From positions 1 to 22,435 of the forward strand of contig JBFGZE010000054.1 in NCBI GenBank assembly GCA_041586955.1: a stretch of DNA of 22,435 nt. The letters are read 5' to 3'. How positions within the stretch are numbered: the first letter of the stretch is position 1; each line of letters starts with the position of its first letter. Positions 7,999 through 17,327 of this stretch are shown piece after piece. Under the pieces are notes generated by a model. The model did not search any database and was not told the DNA's origin. It saw only the letters and a list, made by a program, of their open reading frames with translations. This DNA comes from Bacteriovoracaceae bacterium. Its GTDB lineage: Bacteria; Bdellovibrionota; Bacteriovoracia; Bacteriovoracales; Bacteriovoracaceae. A program made the translations under genes and the position numbers.

Positions 7999-9999
7999 TT
8001 ACTCGAAACTGGTAGGGGGATCAATTGCTTCTGAACAATCGGGATTATTAGGATCAAACTCTGGAGGAGTTGGAACAACTGGAGGCTGACAAACCCCGGC
8101 CAGACAATCACCATAAGTAGGTACGGGGTAACATTGACGGGCACAAGTCACTTGACCTTGGCCGTTAAATCCTGTTTTGACAATGAAGCATTTATTCACA
8201 TATTCCTTGCGACAAAATTCTTTGGACACGCAGCTTTGACCTGGGCCTTTGCTGCAAAGAACCTGCTGCTCATTGGAGTTAAGATGAACCGAACATTTAC
8301 CAGTACCACCGTTACAGCAAAAGCTTGAGCATTGATAATCAGAAGAACAGCTTTCCCCTACTCCTAAATTACCAACGACGGGTGCGTCCTCAATACATTG
8401 GGACACTAACTCCTTCGACCAACAACGAGAATTAAAGCAGCACTCATTGGAACCACAAGCATTTGAGCTTGTGCATGTTTTCATCGCGGTAAAGAGAACC
8501 TCTTGACCTTGATAATCCGTTAAGCTAGATCGTAATAATTGTAATTTAATCTCATCAGTAGAGGCCAAGGTTGTGATTTCACCGGATACTTGATCAATGG
8601 CAATAAGCTCAATTGTCGCCGTCACATTACAACTAGCAATAGTCTCATTATTATAGGAATCATAAGTATTGCGACGAATATTACAACCATCAACCCAATC
8701 ACTTTCTCCACTCGCCGCTAAGCTAGTCATCGAGCGAGAAGTTGCGATGGCAGTCGTCGAAGAAAAATGGTCAATACCAACTGATAAATCCATTTTTCCG
8801 GCACGTGGGAATAAGTAACTTTGATAACCGGCCATCGCTTTTAAGTTAGGATCAGCGATGGTAGGGACAGGAGCATTACCAAGGACCCCCCGGAATAGGC
8901 CTGTAGGAATTGTCGGTGTCCCAGGATCGTGAAAAAGGGCATCTGAAGATACTTGCCAATAATTGCGGCCATCAGGACGATAAGGCCCATAATACGTATA
9001 TTTTGAATCGTAAGATCCTCCACCATCAATCTCAAAAGTTGTGATCGCGTCTGAAGAATCAGTGGTTAGGCCAAGGACTGTTCCATAATCGATATCGGCG
9101 ACCAGTGCAGAGGTCAGGTCTAATGAACTACTGACATAAGTTTGATTTGGCGAATCAGGTAGACATTTCGCTAAATTCTGGGTCGACGTATCGCTACCAT
9201 AACCACTACTGCCCAATTCAATTTGAGGCTCACTAGGATTAAGCGCGATTCCCAACGGATCATAGAGACCAGAGTCGACCAACTTGGCGTAAGAATAATA
9301 ACAAACTTCACCGGCAGCATCACAGGTACTATTCGAAGCGGTCGCTTCAAAAGTAGGATCATCATCAAGATTTAAACCACGGCAGTATAAACCCGTATGG
9401 CGTGGGTCACTCACTGGTGTTCCTTCTTCGACGCCATCACCATCCGAATCGTAATTATTATAATCATAGAGATCATAAAATAATCGCATATCTTCAAAAG
9501 GCTTATTATACATATCAATACGAACGACTTCGATATCTGTTTGTGGTGTAATACCGGGAGCGCGACCAATAGACGCCGGTAAAATCAATTCTTCTTTCTC
9601 ACGGCCAAAACGAAAGCGAACTGACACCAAACGATTTGACAGAGAAGTGACATTGAGTCCTGATAAATAGAGAATACCACTAAAGTTTTTGGGAATACTT
9701 ACCTTCGTTTTATAGGTGCCATCGAAGGGGTCGATAATATGACGAATTTCGGCCTTGCCATTATTTAGTATATCATCAAGAGCACTACCAATAACACCAC
9801 CACTCGGGCCAGCACCGGATCCAACACCACTCCCGCTACCACCTGATTCCGCGTCCTGAGCGAGACCATCGCTGGTGCGTTTAGTACGTGGACTTCCGTT
9901 TTGAACACATGAACCAAAAAAAAGACACCAAACGGTCAATAAAACCACACTTGGTCTTAATCGGTAAGCTTGGCCTTTCTTATTCTGCGGTGTTCTCAA
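7999..9999 (-). CDS. Large putative lipoprotein with Cys-rich C-terminal region
   Basis: TTG start 5 nt after GAGGAG; basic N-region, hydrophobic core and lipobox-like FGSC; Gly/Ser linker; 20 Cys in the last ~160 aa. Confidence 0.85.
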   Translation of the reverse strand: MRTPQNKKGQAYRLRPSVVLLTVWCLFFGSCVQNGSPRTKRTSDGLAQDAESGGSGSGVGSGAGPSGGVIGSALDDILNNGKAEIRHIIDPFDGTYKTKVSIPKNFSGILYLSGLNVTSLSNRLVSVRFRFGREKEELILPASIGRAPGITPQTDIEVVRIDMYNKPFEDMRLFYDLYDYNNYDSDGDGVEEGTPVSDPRHTGLYCRGLNLDDDPTFEATASNSTCDAAGEVCYYSYAKLVDSGLYDPLGIALNPSEPQIELGSSGYGSDTSTQNLAKCLPDSPNQTYVSSSLDLTSALVADIDYGTVLGLTTDSSDAITTFEIDGGGSYDSKYTYYGPYRPDGRNYWQVSSDALFHDPGTPTIPTGLFRGVLGNAPVPTIADPNLKAMAGYQSYLFPRAGKMDLSVGIDHFSSTTAIATSRSMTSLAASGESDWVDGCNIRRNTYDSYNNETIASCNVTATIELIAIDQVSGEITTLASTDEIKLQLLRSSLTDYQGQEVLFTAMKTCTSSNACGSNECCFNSRCWSKELVSQCIEDAPVVGNLGVGESCSSDYQCSSFCCNGGTGKCSVHLNSNEQQVLCSKGPGQSCVSKEFCRKEYVNKCFIVKTGFNGQGQVTCARQCYPVPTYGDCLAGVCQPPVVPTPPEFDPNNPDCSEAIDPPTSFE

Positions 10000-10029
10000 C
10001 TGATCTCCTCAATATTCTCTTCTTCTTAA

Positions 10030-10057
10030 TTATCGGTCAATTGTTCTAAATCCCTTA
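10030..10057 (-). promoter_or_regulatory. Putative sigma28 (FliA) promoter of the Cys-rich lipoprotein gene
   Basis: Minus strand TAAG-N16-ACCGATAA versus consensus TAAA-N15-GCCGATAA; 30 nt upstream of the start. Confidence 0.55.
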
Positions 10058-10278
10058 AAAAATAGGGCCTCACTCATTTTAACTCGAATCAAATTCCAAA
10101 TATCCACCTAATTCTCTTGGTTTTATAGCGTTCTATTTTTTTAATTACTTAAAGGTATTTTTCCTCTAAGGAGGGGCCATCGTCTTGAGAATAATTGCCA
10201 ATTATTTGAGGCGATTGCTTTACCAATCGCTTTCAATGCCTCTAAAATATGAAAAACACCATGGAAGGAGCCACCTTT

Positions 10279-10839
10279 ATGATTAGATTAATCGCCTTAA
10301 TCGGCCTTTTTTTAAGTTCCCCTCTCGTCATTGCGGAAGGTAATACCGGATTTTCTAGCGGCGATATTTTTACCGCCAATAGATTCCAAGGTAGAGTTTG
10401 GGCCTATTGCCCACGCAGCACACGAATGCATATTTGCCGTGCAGGCCGCCTTTCCCCGGTGCCCCGTGATCATTTCGTATTCGACGGTGATATTGATGCC
10501 GATGAAGTGGTTTTATCCAATACCAACGACCTTGGAGAAACTCGCACTAAAAAATCTGCATACAGCACTCGTCACAATAAAAGCAGTAAAAGATTCAACC
10601 TGTGGATCAATACTCTAACTCAAAGAGCACTTCTCTATATCGGTGAGAATGAAATTCGCTATTCCATGAAAAAGGATGGTGATACCATTGAAGAGGGAGA
10701 ATTCACTGTTCATGTTGAAGATGGTGGCATGCGATACTGCCGTCAAGGAAAGGTCCGCTTCAATAACGACAGAGATTGTCATAATTCATTCAATATCTGC
10801 AATCGTTATTGGAATCGCTTCGATTATTTTTGCCGTTAA
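10279..10839 (+). CDS. Secreted hypothetical protein with paired cysteines
   Basis: ATG 10279 after an AAGGAG RBS; signal peptide MIRLIALIGLFLSSPLVIA; six Cys in the mature part. Family not recognised. Confidence 0.8.
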   Translation: MIRLIALIGLFLSSPLVIAEGNTGFSSGDIFTANRFQGRVWAYCPRSTRMHICRAGRLSPVPRDHFVFDGDIDADEVVLSNTNDLGETRTKKSAYSTRHNKSSKRFNLWINTLTQRALLYIGENEIRYSMKKDGDTIEEGEFTVHVEDGGMRYCRQGKVRFNNDRDCHNSFNICNRYWNRFDYFCR

Positions 10840-10844
10840 TGACT

Positions 10845-11540
10845 TTAGGGAGAAGAGAATTCTCCCTTTTTTTCTTCCCTTAATAAAAGAAACCATTCCA
10901 CTAAACTCGTTACAACAAAGAGTTGTAAGCTCGCCATTACCACACCCGTAAGAAGCTTGACTGGCCACCGTATTTCTTCATGAGCAATAAGATTTGTTCC
11001 AATTTCACCGACAATGAAGGGAATAATTAAAAGAGAAAACCCCACGGCGGTAAAAAAGTGGCCACGAATTAATTTACGTCCCTCTGTAAAAAAATTATCG
11101 TTCGTTTGCTGGGGATAAAGAGCGTATAAAGGCACAAATTGGTGGACGATTAAGAAGTAAAGCCCTGGGATAATAAGAATCAACAGCCCACCACCAATTA
11201 AATAATAGGCCAGAGTATAAAGGAAATAACGAGGCAGAAACCTGGTCGCTTTTTTTAAAGTCACACCGACAGGCAAAAACCCCTCACCATTCTTAATTCC
11301 CTTATGAAAAACCAAAAAAGATAATTGAACCCATAAAGTACAAAGTCCCAATAAAAAATACCATGACAAGGGGTTCTCACCCTGCTGCTTGCCAATCACT
11401 TCCTCTAGGTAGACACCACCCCAATTACAGGCCATCAAGAGCACTCCATAGGGAATCAGTCTCATCCCCTGAGCTCTCAAAAATAGGCCACCCATCGATA
11501 AAATGTTTTTTAATTCTTTTAATGGTGTCATTTTGTTCAT
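10845..11540 (-). CDS. Polytopic membrane protein of unknown function
   Basis: About 5-6 TM helices including LLILIIPGLYF; TAATG stop/start overlap with the asparaginase gene at 11540. Confidence 0.75.
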   Translation of the reverse strand: MNKMTPLKELKNILSMGGLFLRAQGMRLIPYGVLLMACNWGGVYLEEVIGKQQGENPLSWYFLLGLCTLWVQLSFLVFHKGIKNGEGFLPVGVTLKKATRFLPRYFLYTLAYYLIGGGLLILIIPGLYFLIVHQFVPLYALYPQQTNDNFFTEGRKLIRGHFFTAVGFSLLIIPFIVGEIGTNLIAHEEIRWPVKLLTGVVMASLQLFVVTSLVEWFLLLREEKKGEFSSP

Positions 11541-12055
11541 TATGAATCCTGGGTAATTTCAAATGTCCGTTTTTCAGGATTTTTACGAACATGGGGCAAA
11601 GGAAAAATTTCGTTATGAAAAGAAATATAGACACCAGGTGCCAAAATTTTACTCGCGATTAATGCTTCAGTAACATTTTGGTAGGCATCGGAATCAGTGA
11701 ACCCAAGAGGCTTCATCGCTCCCGTAAAGACAATGGGGACTGATAAATCCTTGAAAGTATCAAAGGCCGCCTTGGCCGACTTCGCCATAGTGTCAGTACC
11801 GTGTAAAATAATGATGGGGCAATTCTTTTCCAACTGTAACTTAATGCTTTTCATCAATAGGATACGGTCATAGTCTGTCAAATGAAGTGAATCTTTGGCG
11901 AAAAGGCCAATGAGGGTGACCTTGGTATAAGGCAAGCGCAATTGATCCACAATTTCTTTTTGGATAATTGTCCCTTGATTGCTCAAGGAGCCATCAAATT
12001 CATTATAAGATTTTTCAATAGTTCCCCCAGTTGAGAGAATAACCACTTCCTTCAC
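11540..12055 (-). CDS. Short asparaginase (N-terminal catalytic domain only)
   Basis: TGGTIEK, KDS, HGTDTM, TGAMKP, SDA..N motifs; 171 aa; GTG start after AGGAG. Confidence 0.88.
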   Translation of the reverse strand: MKEVVILSTGGTIEKSYNEFDGSLSNQGTIIQKEIVDQLRLPYTKVTLIGLFAKDSLHLTDYDRILLMKSIKLQLEKNCPIIILHGTDTMAKSAKAAFDTFKDLSVPIVFTGAMKPLGFTDSDAYQNVTEALIASKILAPGVYISFHNEIFPLPHVRKNPEKRTFEITQDS

Positions 12056-12151
12056 GCTATTAACTCCTGACCGTCAGACGACACACAGCACAACGACTCG
12101 TCAATAATTGTCACATTACCCAAATTTTTTTCTTTAGTCTATGCTCTGGCC

Positions 12152-12179
12152 CTTGACGGGTAAATATTAGGACCCATAT
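12152..12179 (+). promoter_or_regulatory. Putative sigma32 (RpoH) heat-shock promoter of htpG
   Basis: CTTGAC-N14-ACCCATAT versus consensus CTTGAA-N13-17-CCCCATNT, 36 nt before a chaperone gene. Confidence 0.7.
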
Positions 12180-12215
12180 TTTGATGTAAGTTAAATATTA
12201 AAGGAGTTTGACACC

Positions 12216-14141
12216 ATGACTGAAAGAAAAGGTACCATTTCTGTCCATACCGCTGATATCTTCCCCATTATTAAAAAGTGGCTCTATTCTGAGCATGATA
12301 TCTTTTTGCGTGAACTAGTGGCCAATGCCACAGATGCAATCACCAAAAGGGCGACATACGCCCGTACCCTCAACCAAGAGATACCGACTGGCTCTATTAC
12401 TGTTGGCGTCGATAAAAGTAAAAAAATCATTACCATCTCCGATAATGGTATCGGGATGTCTGAAGAAGAAGTCGAAAAATATATCGCTCAATTGGCCTTT
12501 TCCGGCGCTGAAGAATTCGTTCAAAACATGAAAAAGGTGGAGTCTGAAAACGGCGCCGATATTATTGGTAAATTTGGTCTTGGTTTTTACTCCTCTTTTA
12601 TGGTGGCAGATAAAGTAGAGGTCGAAACACTCTCTATGACAGAAGGTGCCAAGCCAACCAAATGGACTTGTGAAGGTGAAACTGATTATGTTTTTTCCGA
12701 ATCCACAAAATCTGAAGTTGGGACGACTATTACTCTTTATATCAACGAAGAAAATACTGAGTTTTTAAGCGAGTTTAAATTATCAGATACTTTAAAAAAA
12801 TTCTGTGACTTTATGCCCTATTCAATCGGAGTCATTGACTGGGAGAAAAAAGCAGAAAAACCTAAAAAAGAAGATGGGACAATTGACGAGAGCGCCGAAG
12901 CAGTGGCCCCCGCCCCTTCCATTATTAATAATACAGAGCCTCTCTGGCGCCAAGACCCGACGACATTAAAGGATGAAGATTATATCAACTTTTACCGTGA
13001 ACTTTACCCCATGGATCCAGAGCCGCTTTTTTGGTTACACCTTAAAGTTGATCACCCTTTTACTTTAGAAGGTATTCTTTACTTCCCAAAGATTAACCAA
13101 AAGATGGCCTTTAAAGAAAATAATATCAAACTTTACTCTCGTCAGGTCTTTGTCTCTGACAATGTCAAAAATGTTATTCCCGACTTTCTCTCACTTCTAA
13201 AGGGGACCATTGACAGCACTGATATCCCACTCAATGTCTCGCGTTCCTCACTTCAGGGTGACCCTAATATCCGCCGAATCTCTAATTACGTAGTTAAAAA
13301 AGTGGCCGAGGCCTTGAAAAAACTTTTTAAAAATAACCGTGAAAAATATGAGCAAGTTTGGGCCGACTCAGGAATGTTTGTCAAATACGGGTGTGTTAGT
13401 GATCCTAAATTTGACGAGCTGATGCGTGATCGCATTGTTTTCAAAAACACTTCCGAACAATATATGACGTTGCCAGAATATTTTGAAAGTGTGCCAGAGA
13501 ATTTTAAAGAAAAACTCAAAGACAAAGTCCTCTATATCGAACAAGGAAAGTCTTCAGGCCAATTACGCCAGGAATTATTGGAAGCCGGAATTCAGTCTCT
13601 TGAAATGGATGACCATATTGACCCCCACTTCATGCAGCACGTCGAAAGCAAAAAACAAGGAGATCAACAAATTTCCTTTGCCTCCGTCGATTCAGAATAC
13701 GGCAATATTTTCGAGGGTGAAACGACCAATGAAGAAGATATTAAAGTGAAAGAGTTATTTGAAGGCCTTATTAAGACCGAAATAACAGAAGAAACCGAGC
13801 GGCCAGAAGTGGAAATCCAGAAAAATGCAACTGGGCTCACTTGTGCTTATTATAAGGTTGATGAGCAAATGAAGCGCTTTGCTAAAATGGCCCAAAGTAT
13901 GGGGCAAAACCAAACTTTTCCAATCAAGAAAACTTTGGTCATCAACCCGGCCAATGGTTTGATCAAAAATGCCCTGAAAATCCACGAAAAGGGTGGTCAC
14001 GAGAATCTGGTCAACCAAATGTGTCAACATGTACAAGATCTAGCAGGTATCGCCAGTGAAGGCCTTAAAGAAGAAAAGCGTAATCAATTCTTAAAGCGCA
14101 GCCAAGACCTAGTCCAAGAATTATCCAATCTCGTTCTGTAA
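12216..14141 (+). CDS. htpG: Molecular chaperone HtpG (Hsp90)
   Basis: LYSEHDIFLRELVANATDA, DNGIGM, IIGKFGLGFYSSFMVA, GT motif, IPLNVSRSSLQ, LVINP. Confidence 0.97.
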   Translation: MTERKGTISVHTADIFPIIKKWLYSEHDIFLRELVANATDAITKRATYARTLNQEIPTGSITVGVDKSKKIITISDNGIGMSEEEVEKYIAQLAFSGAEEFVQNMKKVESENGADIIGKFGLGFYSSFMVADKVEVETLSMTEGAKPTKWTCEGETDYVFSESTKSEVGTTITLYINEENTEFLSEFKLSDTLKKFCDFMPYSIGVIDWEKKAEKPKKEDGTIDESAEAVAPAPSIINNTEPLWRQDPTTLKDEDYINFYRELYPMDPEPLFWLHLKVDHPFTLEGILYFPKINQKMAFKENNIKLYSRQVFVSDNVKNVIPDFLSLLKGTIDSTDIPLNVSRSSLQGDPNIRRISNYVVKKVAEALKKLFKNNREKYEQVWADSGMFVKYGCVSDPKFDELMRDRIVFKNTSEQYMTLPEYFESVPENFKEKLKDKVLYIEQGKSSGQLRQELLEAGIQSLEMDDHIDPHFMQHVESKKQGDQQISFASVDSEYGNIFEGETTNEEDIKVKELFEGLIKTEITEETERPEVEIQKNATGLTCAYYKVDEQMKRFAKMAQSMGQNQTFPIKKTLVINPANGLIKNALKIHEKGGHENLVNQMCQHVQDLAGIASEGLKEEKRNQFLKRSQDLVQELSNLVL

Positions 14142-14146
14142 ATAAT

Positions 14147-14180
14147 TGACGCCCTTCTTCAAAATTGAGGAAGGGCGTTA
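14147..14180 (+). terminator. Intrinsic terminator-like hairpin after htpG
   Basis: TGACGCCCTTCTTCAA-aa-TTGAGGAAGGGCGTTA directly after the stop, followed by TTCT. Confidence 0.75.
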
Positions 14181-14301
14181 TTCTCCAAATTTATCCTTTT
14201 TTTCAATGTTTTATAGTGGCAATCCTTTAAAATTGGCGTAAATTAGTAAGTGACTAATAACGCAAACTTTTTAAGCAGTACAAGTAGCAAGGATTGAGTA
14301 A

Positions 14302-16140
14302 ATGAAAGAACTTGAAAGCGTCGTCATCCGCTTCTCCGGTGACTCTGGTGATGGGATGCAATTAACAGGTACCCAATTTTCCGATACATCAGCAATGATG
14401 GGAAATGACATTTCGACTTTTCCCGACTTCCCAGCTGAAATTCGCGCCCCCGCGGGTACGGTTGCTGGCGTCTCTGGCTTCCAAGTTAATATTGGCGCCA
14501 CTGAGATTAATACTCCAGGTGATGAGCCCTTTGTTCTCGTTGCAATGAACCCTGCTGCCCTCAAGGCCAACCTTAGCGCTGTTAAAAAAGGTGGCGTTGT
14601 TATCCTCAATATGGATGCCTTTAATGAGCGCAATATTGAAAAAGCTGGTTATGATTATAATCCACTTGAAAGTCATGACCTAGATGGCTACCAAGTGATC
14701 AAGGCCAATATTACTGGCCAAACAACAGAAACTCTTAAAGATCTTGAACTCGATAATAAGTCTAAGGCCCGTTGTAAAAACTTTTACGCGCTCGGTATGA
14801 CTTACCATATGTTCTCTCGTCAATTAGAACCCACCCTCGATTGGATTAAGGACAAGTTTGCAAAAAAACCAGTCCTAGTTGAGGCCAATAGCATGGCCTT
14901 AAAGTCCGGACGCAATTTTGCCGAAACTCTTGAGGCCACCGTTTCAACTTATAGCGTTCCCGCCGCTAAAATTACTGCTGGCCAATACCGCCAAATCAAC
15001 GGCAACACTGGTATTGCCTGGGGAATGCTTAAAGGTGCTGAGTCAGCAGGTCTAGAGCTCTTTCTTGGCTCCTACCCTATTACCCCGGCCACTGATATTC
15101 TCCATGAATTATCAAAGTATAAGAACTTAGGAGTGAGAACATTCCAAGCAGAAGATGAAATCGCTGGGATTTGTTCCGCTATTGGCGCTTCTTTTGGCGG
15201 TGCCTTATCCCTAACCACCAGCTCTGGGCCAGGGATCGCTCTCAAAGGTGAGGCCATGGGCCTTGCTATGATGTACGAATTACCATTAGTCATTGTTAAT
15301 ATTCAACGTGGTGGGCCTTCAACTGGTCTGCCCACAAAAACAGAACAATCAGACCTTTTCCAAGCGATGTATGGCCGTAATGGTGAAGCCCCTATGATTG
15401 TTATAGCGGCCAGCCGTCCTAATGATTGTTTTCATATGGCCTATGAAGCTTGCCGTTTAACTCTCGAGCATATGACTCCTGTCGTGCTACTTTCTGATGG
15501 CTATATTGCCAATGGTACAGAACCTTGGAGACTACCTAAGGACGTCGATGCCGAATACCCGGCAATCAAGCACCGCATCCCTGCTGAAGGACTGAGTGAA
15601 GGTGAAACATTCTTGGCCTATGATCGTGAAGACAATCTCACTCGAAAAGCATGGCCAATTCCAGGACTCCCAGGCTACGAGCACCGTCTCGGTGGCCTTG
15701 AAAAACAAGTAGGATCAGGAAATGTCTCATACGACCCAAGCAATCACGAAGAAATGACTCATATCCGTGCGCAAAAGGTGGCCAACGTCGCTGATAATAT
15801 TCCTCTTCAGGAATTAGAAGGTGATGATAAGGGTGACCTCCTTCTCGTCTCTTGGGGTGGAACCTATGGTGCCACTCATATGGCCGTTGAGGAAATGAGA
15901 AAAGAAGGTCACAAAGTCAGTCTAATGCATCTTCGTTATATCAACCCTATGCCAAAAAACGTAGAGGCCCTCATGAGCAATTTTAATAAAATTGTTGTCG
16001 CGGAATTAAACTCCGGACAAATGAAGGATATTCTCAATGCTCGCTTTGGCTTCAAGGCGAAGGGTTATAATAAAGTTCAAGGTCTTCCTTTTAAGATTTC
16101 TGAACTAGTCGGTATGATGAAAAAAGAGCTTGAAGCTTAA
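14302..16140 (+). CDS. korA: 2-oxoacid:ferredoxin oxidoreductase alpha subunit (fused gamma domain)
   Basis: GDSGDGMQLTG, PAEIRAPAG, SYPITPA, QAEDEIAG, TSSGPG, QRGGPSTGLPTKTEQ. Substrate specificity is not certain from sequence. Confidence 0.92.
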   Translation: MKELESVVIRFSGDSGDGMQLTGTQFSDTSAMMGNDISTFPDFPAEIRAPAGTVAGVSGFQVNIGATEINTPGDEPFVLVAMNPAALKANLSAVKKGGVVILNMDAFNERNIEKAGYDYNPLESHDLDGYQVIKANITGQTTETLKDLELDNKSKARCKNFYALGMTYHMFSRQLEPTLDWIKDKFAKKPVLVEANSMALKSGRNFAETLEATVSTYSVPAAKITAGQYRQINGNTGIAWGMLKGAESAGLELFLGSYPITPATDILHELSKYKNLGVRTFQAEDEIAGICSAIGASFGGALSLTTSSGPGIALKGEAMGLAMMYELPLVIVNIQRGGPSTGLPTKTEQSDLFQAMYGRNGEAPMIVIAASRPNDCFHMAYEACRLTLEHMTPVVLLSDGYIANGTEPWRLPKDVDAEYPAIKHRIPAEGLSEGETFLAYDREDNLTRKAWPIPGLPGYEHRLGGLEKQVGSGNVSYDPSNHEEMTHIRAQKVANVADNIPLQELEGDDKGDLLLVSWGGTYGATHMAVEEMRKEGHKVSLMHLRYINPMPKNVEALMSNFNKIVVAELNSGQMKDILNARFGFKAKGYNKVQGLPFKISELVGMMKKELEA

Positions 16141-16156
16141 AAAGAAGGAAAAAATT

Positions 16157-17167
16157 ATGTCAGAAACTCCAGTCTATAAGAAAAAAGATTTTGTCTCAGA
16201 TCAAGAAGTTCGTTGGTGCCCAGGTTGTGGGGACTATGCGATTCTTAATGCCGTTCAAATGGCCATGACTAAGACCGGGAAAAAGAAAGAAGATACCGTT
16301 TTCATTTCAGGGATCGGTTGCTCATCACGTTTTCCCTATTATATGAACACCTATGGCCTCCATACCATCCATGGCCGTGCTCCAGCATTCGCCTCTGGCC
16401 TTAAGGCCCATAAGCCTGACCTTTCGGTCTGGGTCATTACTGGCGATGGTGATGGTCTCTCCATTGGTGGTAACCATTTAATCCACGTATTAAGAAGAAA
16501 TGTTAATCTTAATATTATTCTTTTTAATAACGAGATTTATGGCCTAACAAAAGGCCAATACTCCCCCACTTCTAGAGAAGGGATTGTCACGAAATCATCG
16601 CCTTATGGCTCAATTGATCACCCTTTCCAACCAGCGCGCCTGGCCCTTGGTGCGGGAACAACTTTCTACGCCCGAACAATGGACACAGACCCTAAACATA
16701 TGCAAGAAGTCATGCTAGCAGCAGAAAAGCATCCAGGTGTTTCACTCATTGAAGTTTTTCAAAATTGTGTGATTTTTAACGATAAAGTTCACGAGCTTTA
16801 TACAAACCGTAAAACCCGTGATGATTACGTTATCTTCCTTGAACATGGTAAACCCATGATCTTTGGCAAAGAGAAAAATAAAGGTATTGTTCTTGATGGT
16901 GCCACACCCAAAGTTGTCACTTTAGGCGAAAATGGTATTGGTGAAGGCGATCTCTTAGTGCACGATGAAAATAATCCAATGATTCACTTCATGCTCGCCA
17001 ACCTTCAAGGCCCTGACTTCCCAGTTCCCATGGGGATTTTCAACCGCAATATGCTCGAGACTTACGACTCAGCAATGCATATGCAAATCAATGCGATTAA
17101 AGAAAAGAAAGGTCCAAGCACAGTAAAAGATTTGCTCTTTTCAGGGAAAATTTGGGACGTCAAATAA
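16157..17167 (+). CDS. korB: 2-oxoacid:ferredoxin oxidoreductase beta subunit
   Basis: WCPGCGD, SGIGCS, HGRA, TPP motif GDGD...NNEIYGLTKGQYSPT. Start moved to ATG 16157, after GAAGGA. Confidence 0.92.
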   Translation: MSETPVYKKKDFVSDQEVRWCPGCGDYAILNAVQMAMTKTGKKKEDTVFISGIGCSSRFPYYMNTYGLHTIHGRAPAFASGLKAHKPDLSVWVITGDGDGLSIGGNHLIHVLRRNVNLNIILFNNEIYGLTKGQYSPTSREGIVTKSSPYGSIDHPFQPARLALGAGTTFYARTMDTDPKHMQEVMLAAEKHPGVSLIEVFQNCVIFNDKVHELYTNRKTRDDYVIFLEHGKPMIFGKEKNKGIVLDGATPKVVTLGENGIGEGDLLVHDENNPMIHFMLANLQGPDFPVPMGIFNRNMLETYDSAMHMQINAIKEKKGPSTVKDLLFSGKIWDVK

Positions 17168-17180
17168 ATCAATAAACCTT

Positions 17181-17210
17181 AAAGAGGGCCTCTTCTCTAG
17201 GCCCTCTTTT
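17181..17210 (+). terminator. Intrinsic terminator after korB
   Basis: AAAGAGGGCCT-cttctct-AGGCCCTCTTT followed by T. Confidence 0.85.
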
Positions 17211-17327
17211 CTATCCACACCAAACTTAAGTTTTAAGTGATCACTAATACTTGTCAGAAGTTGTAAGTATACAAATCTCTACATTCCTAGATATCATTAA
17301 TGGTTCAAACTTCAAGGAGGAAGAAGG

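Noticed and set aside
17264..17295. Sigma28-like promoter before the serine protease
   Set aside because: The -10 (CTAGATAT) is poor and the spacing to TAAG or CAAA is wrong.
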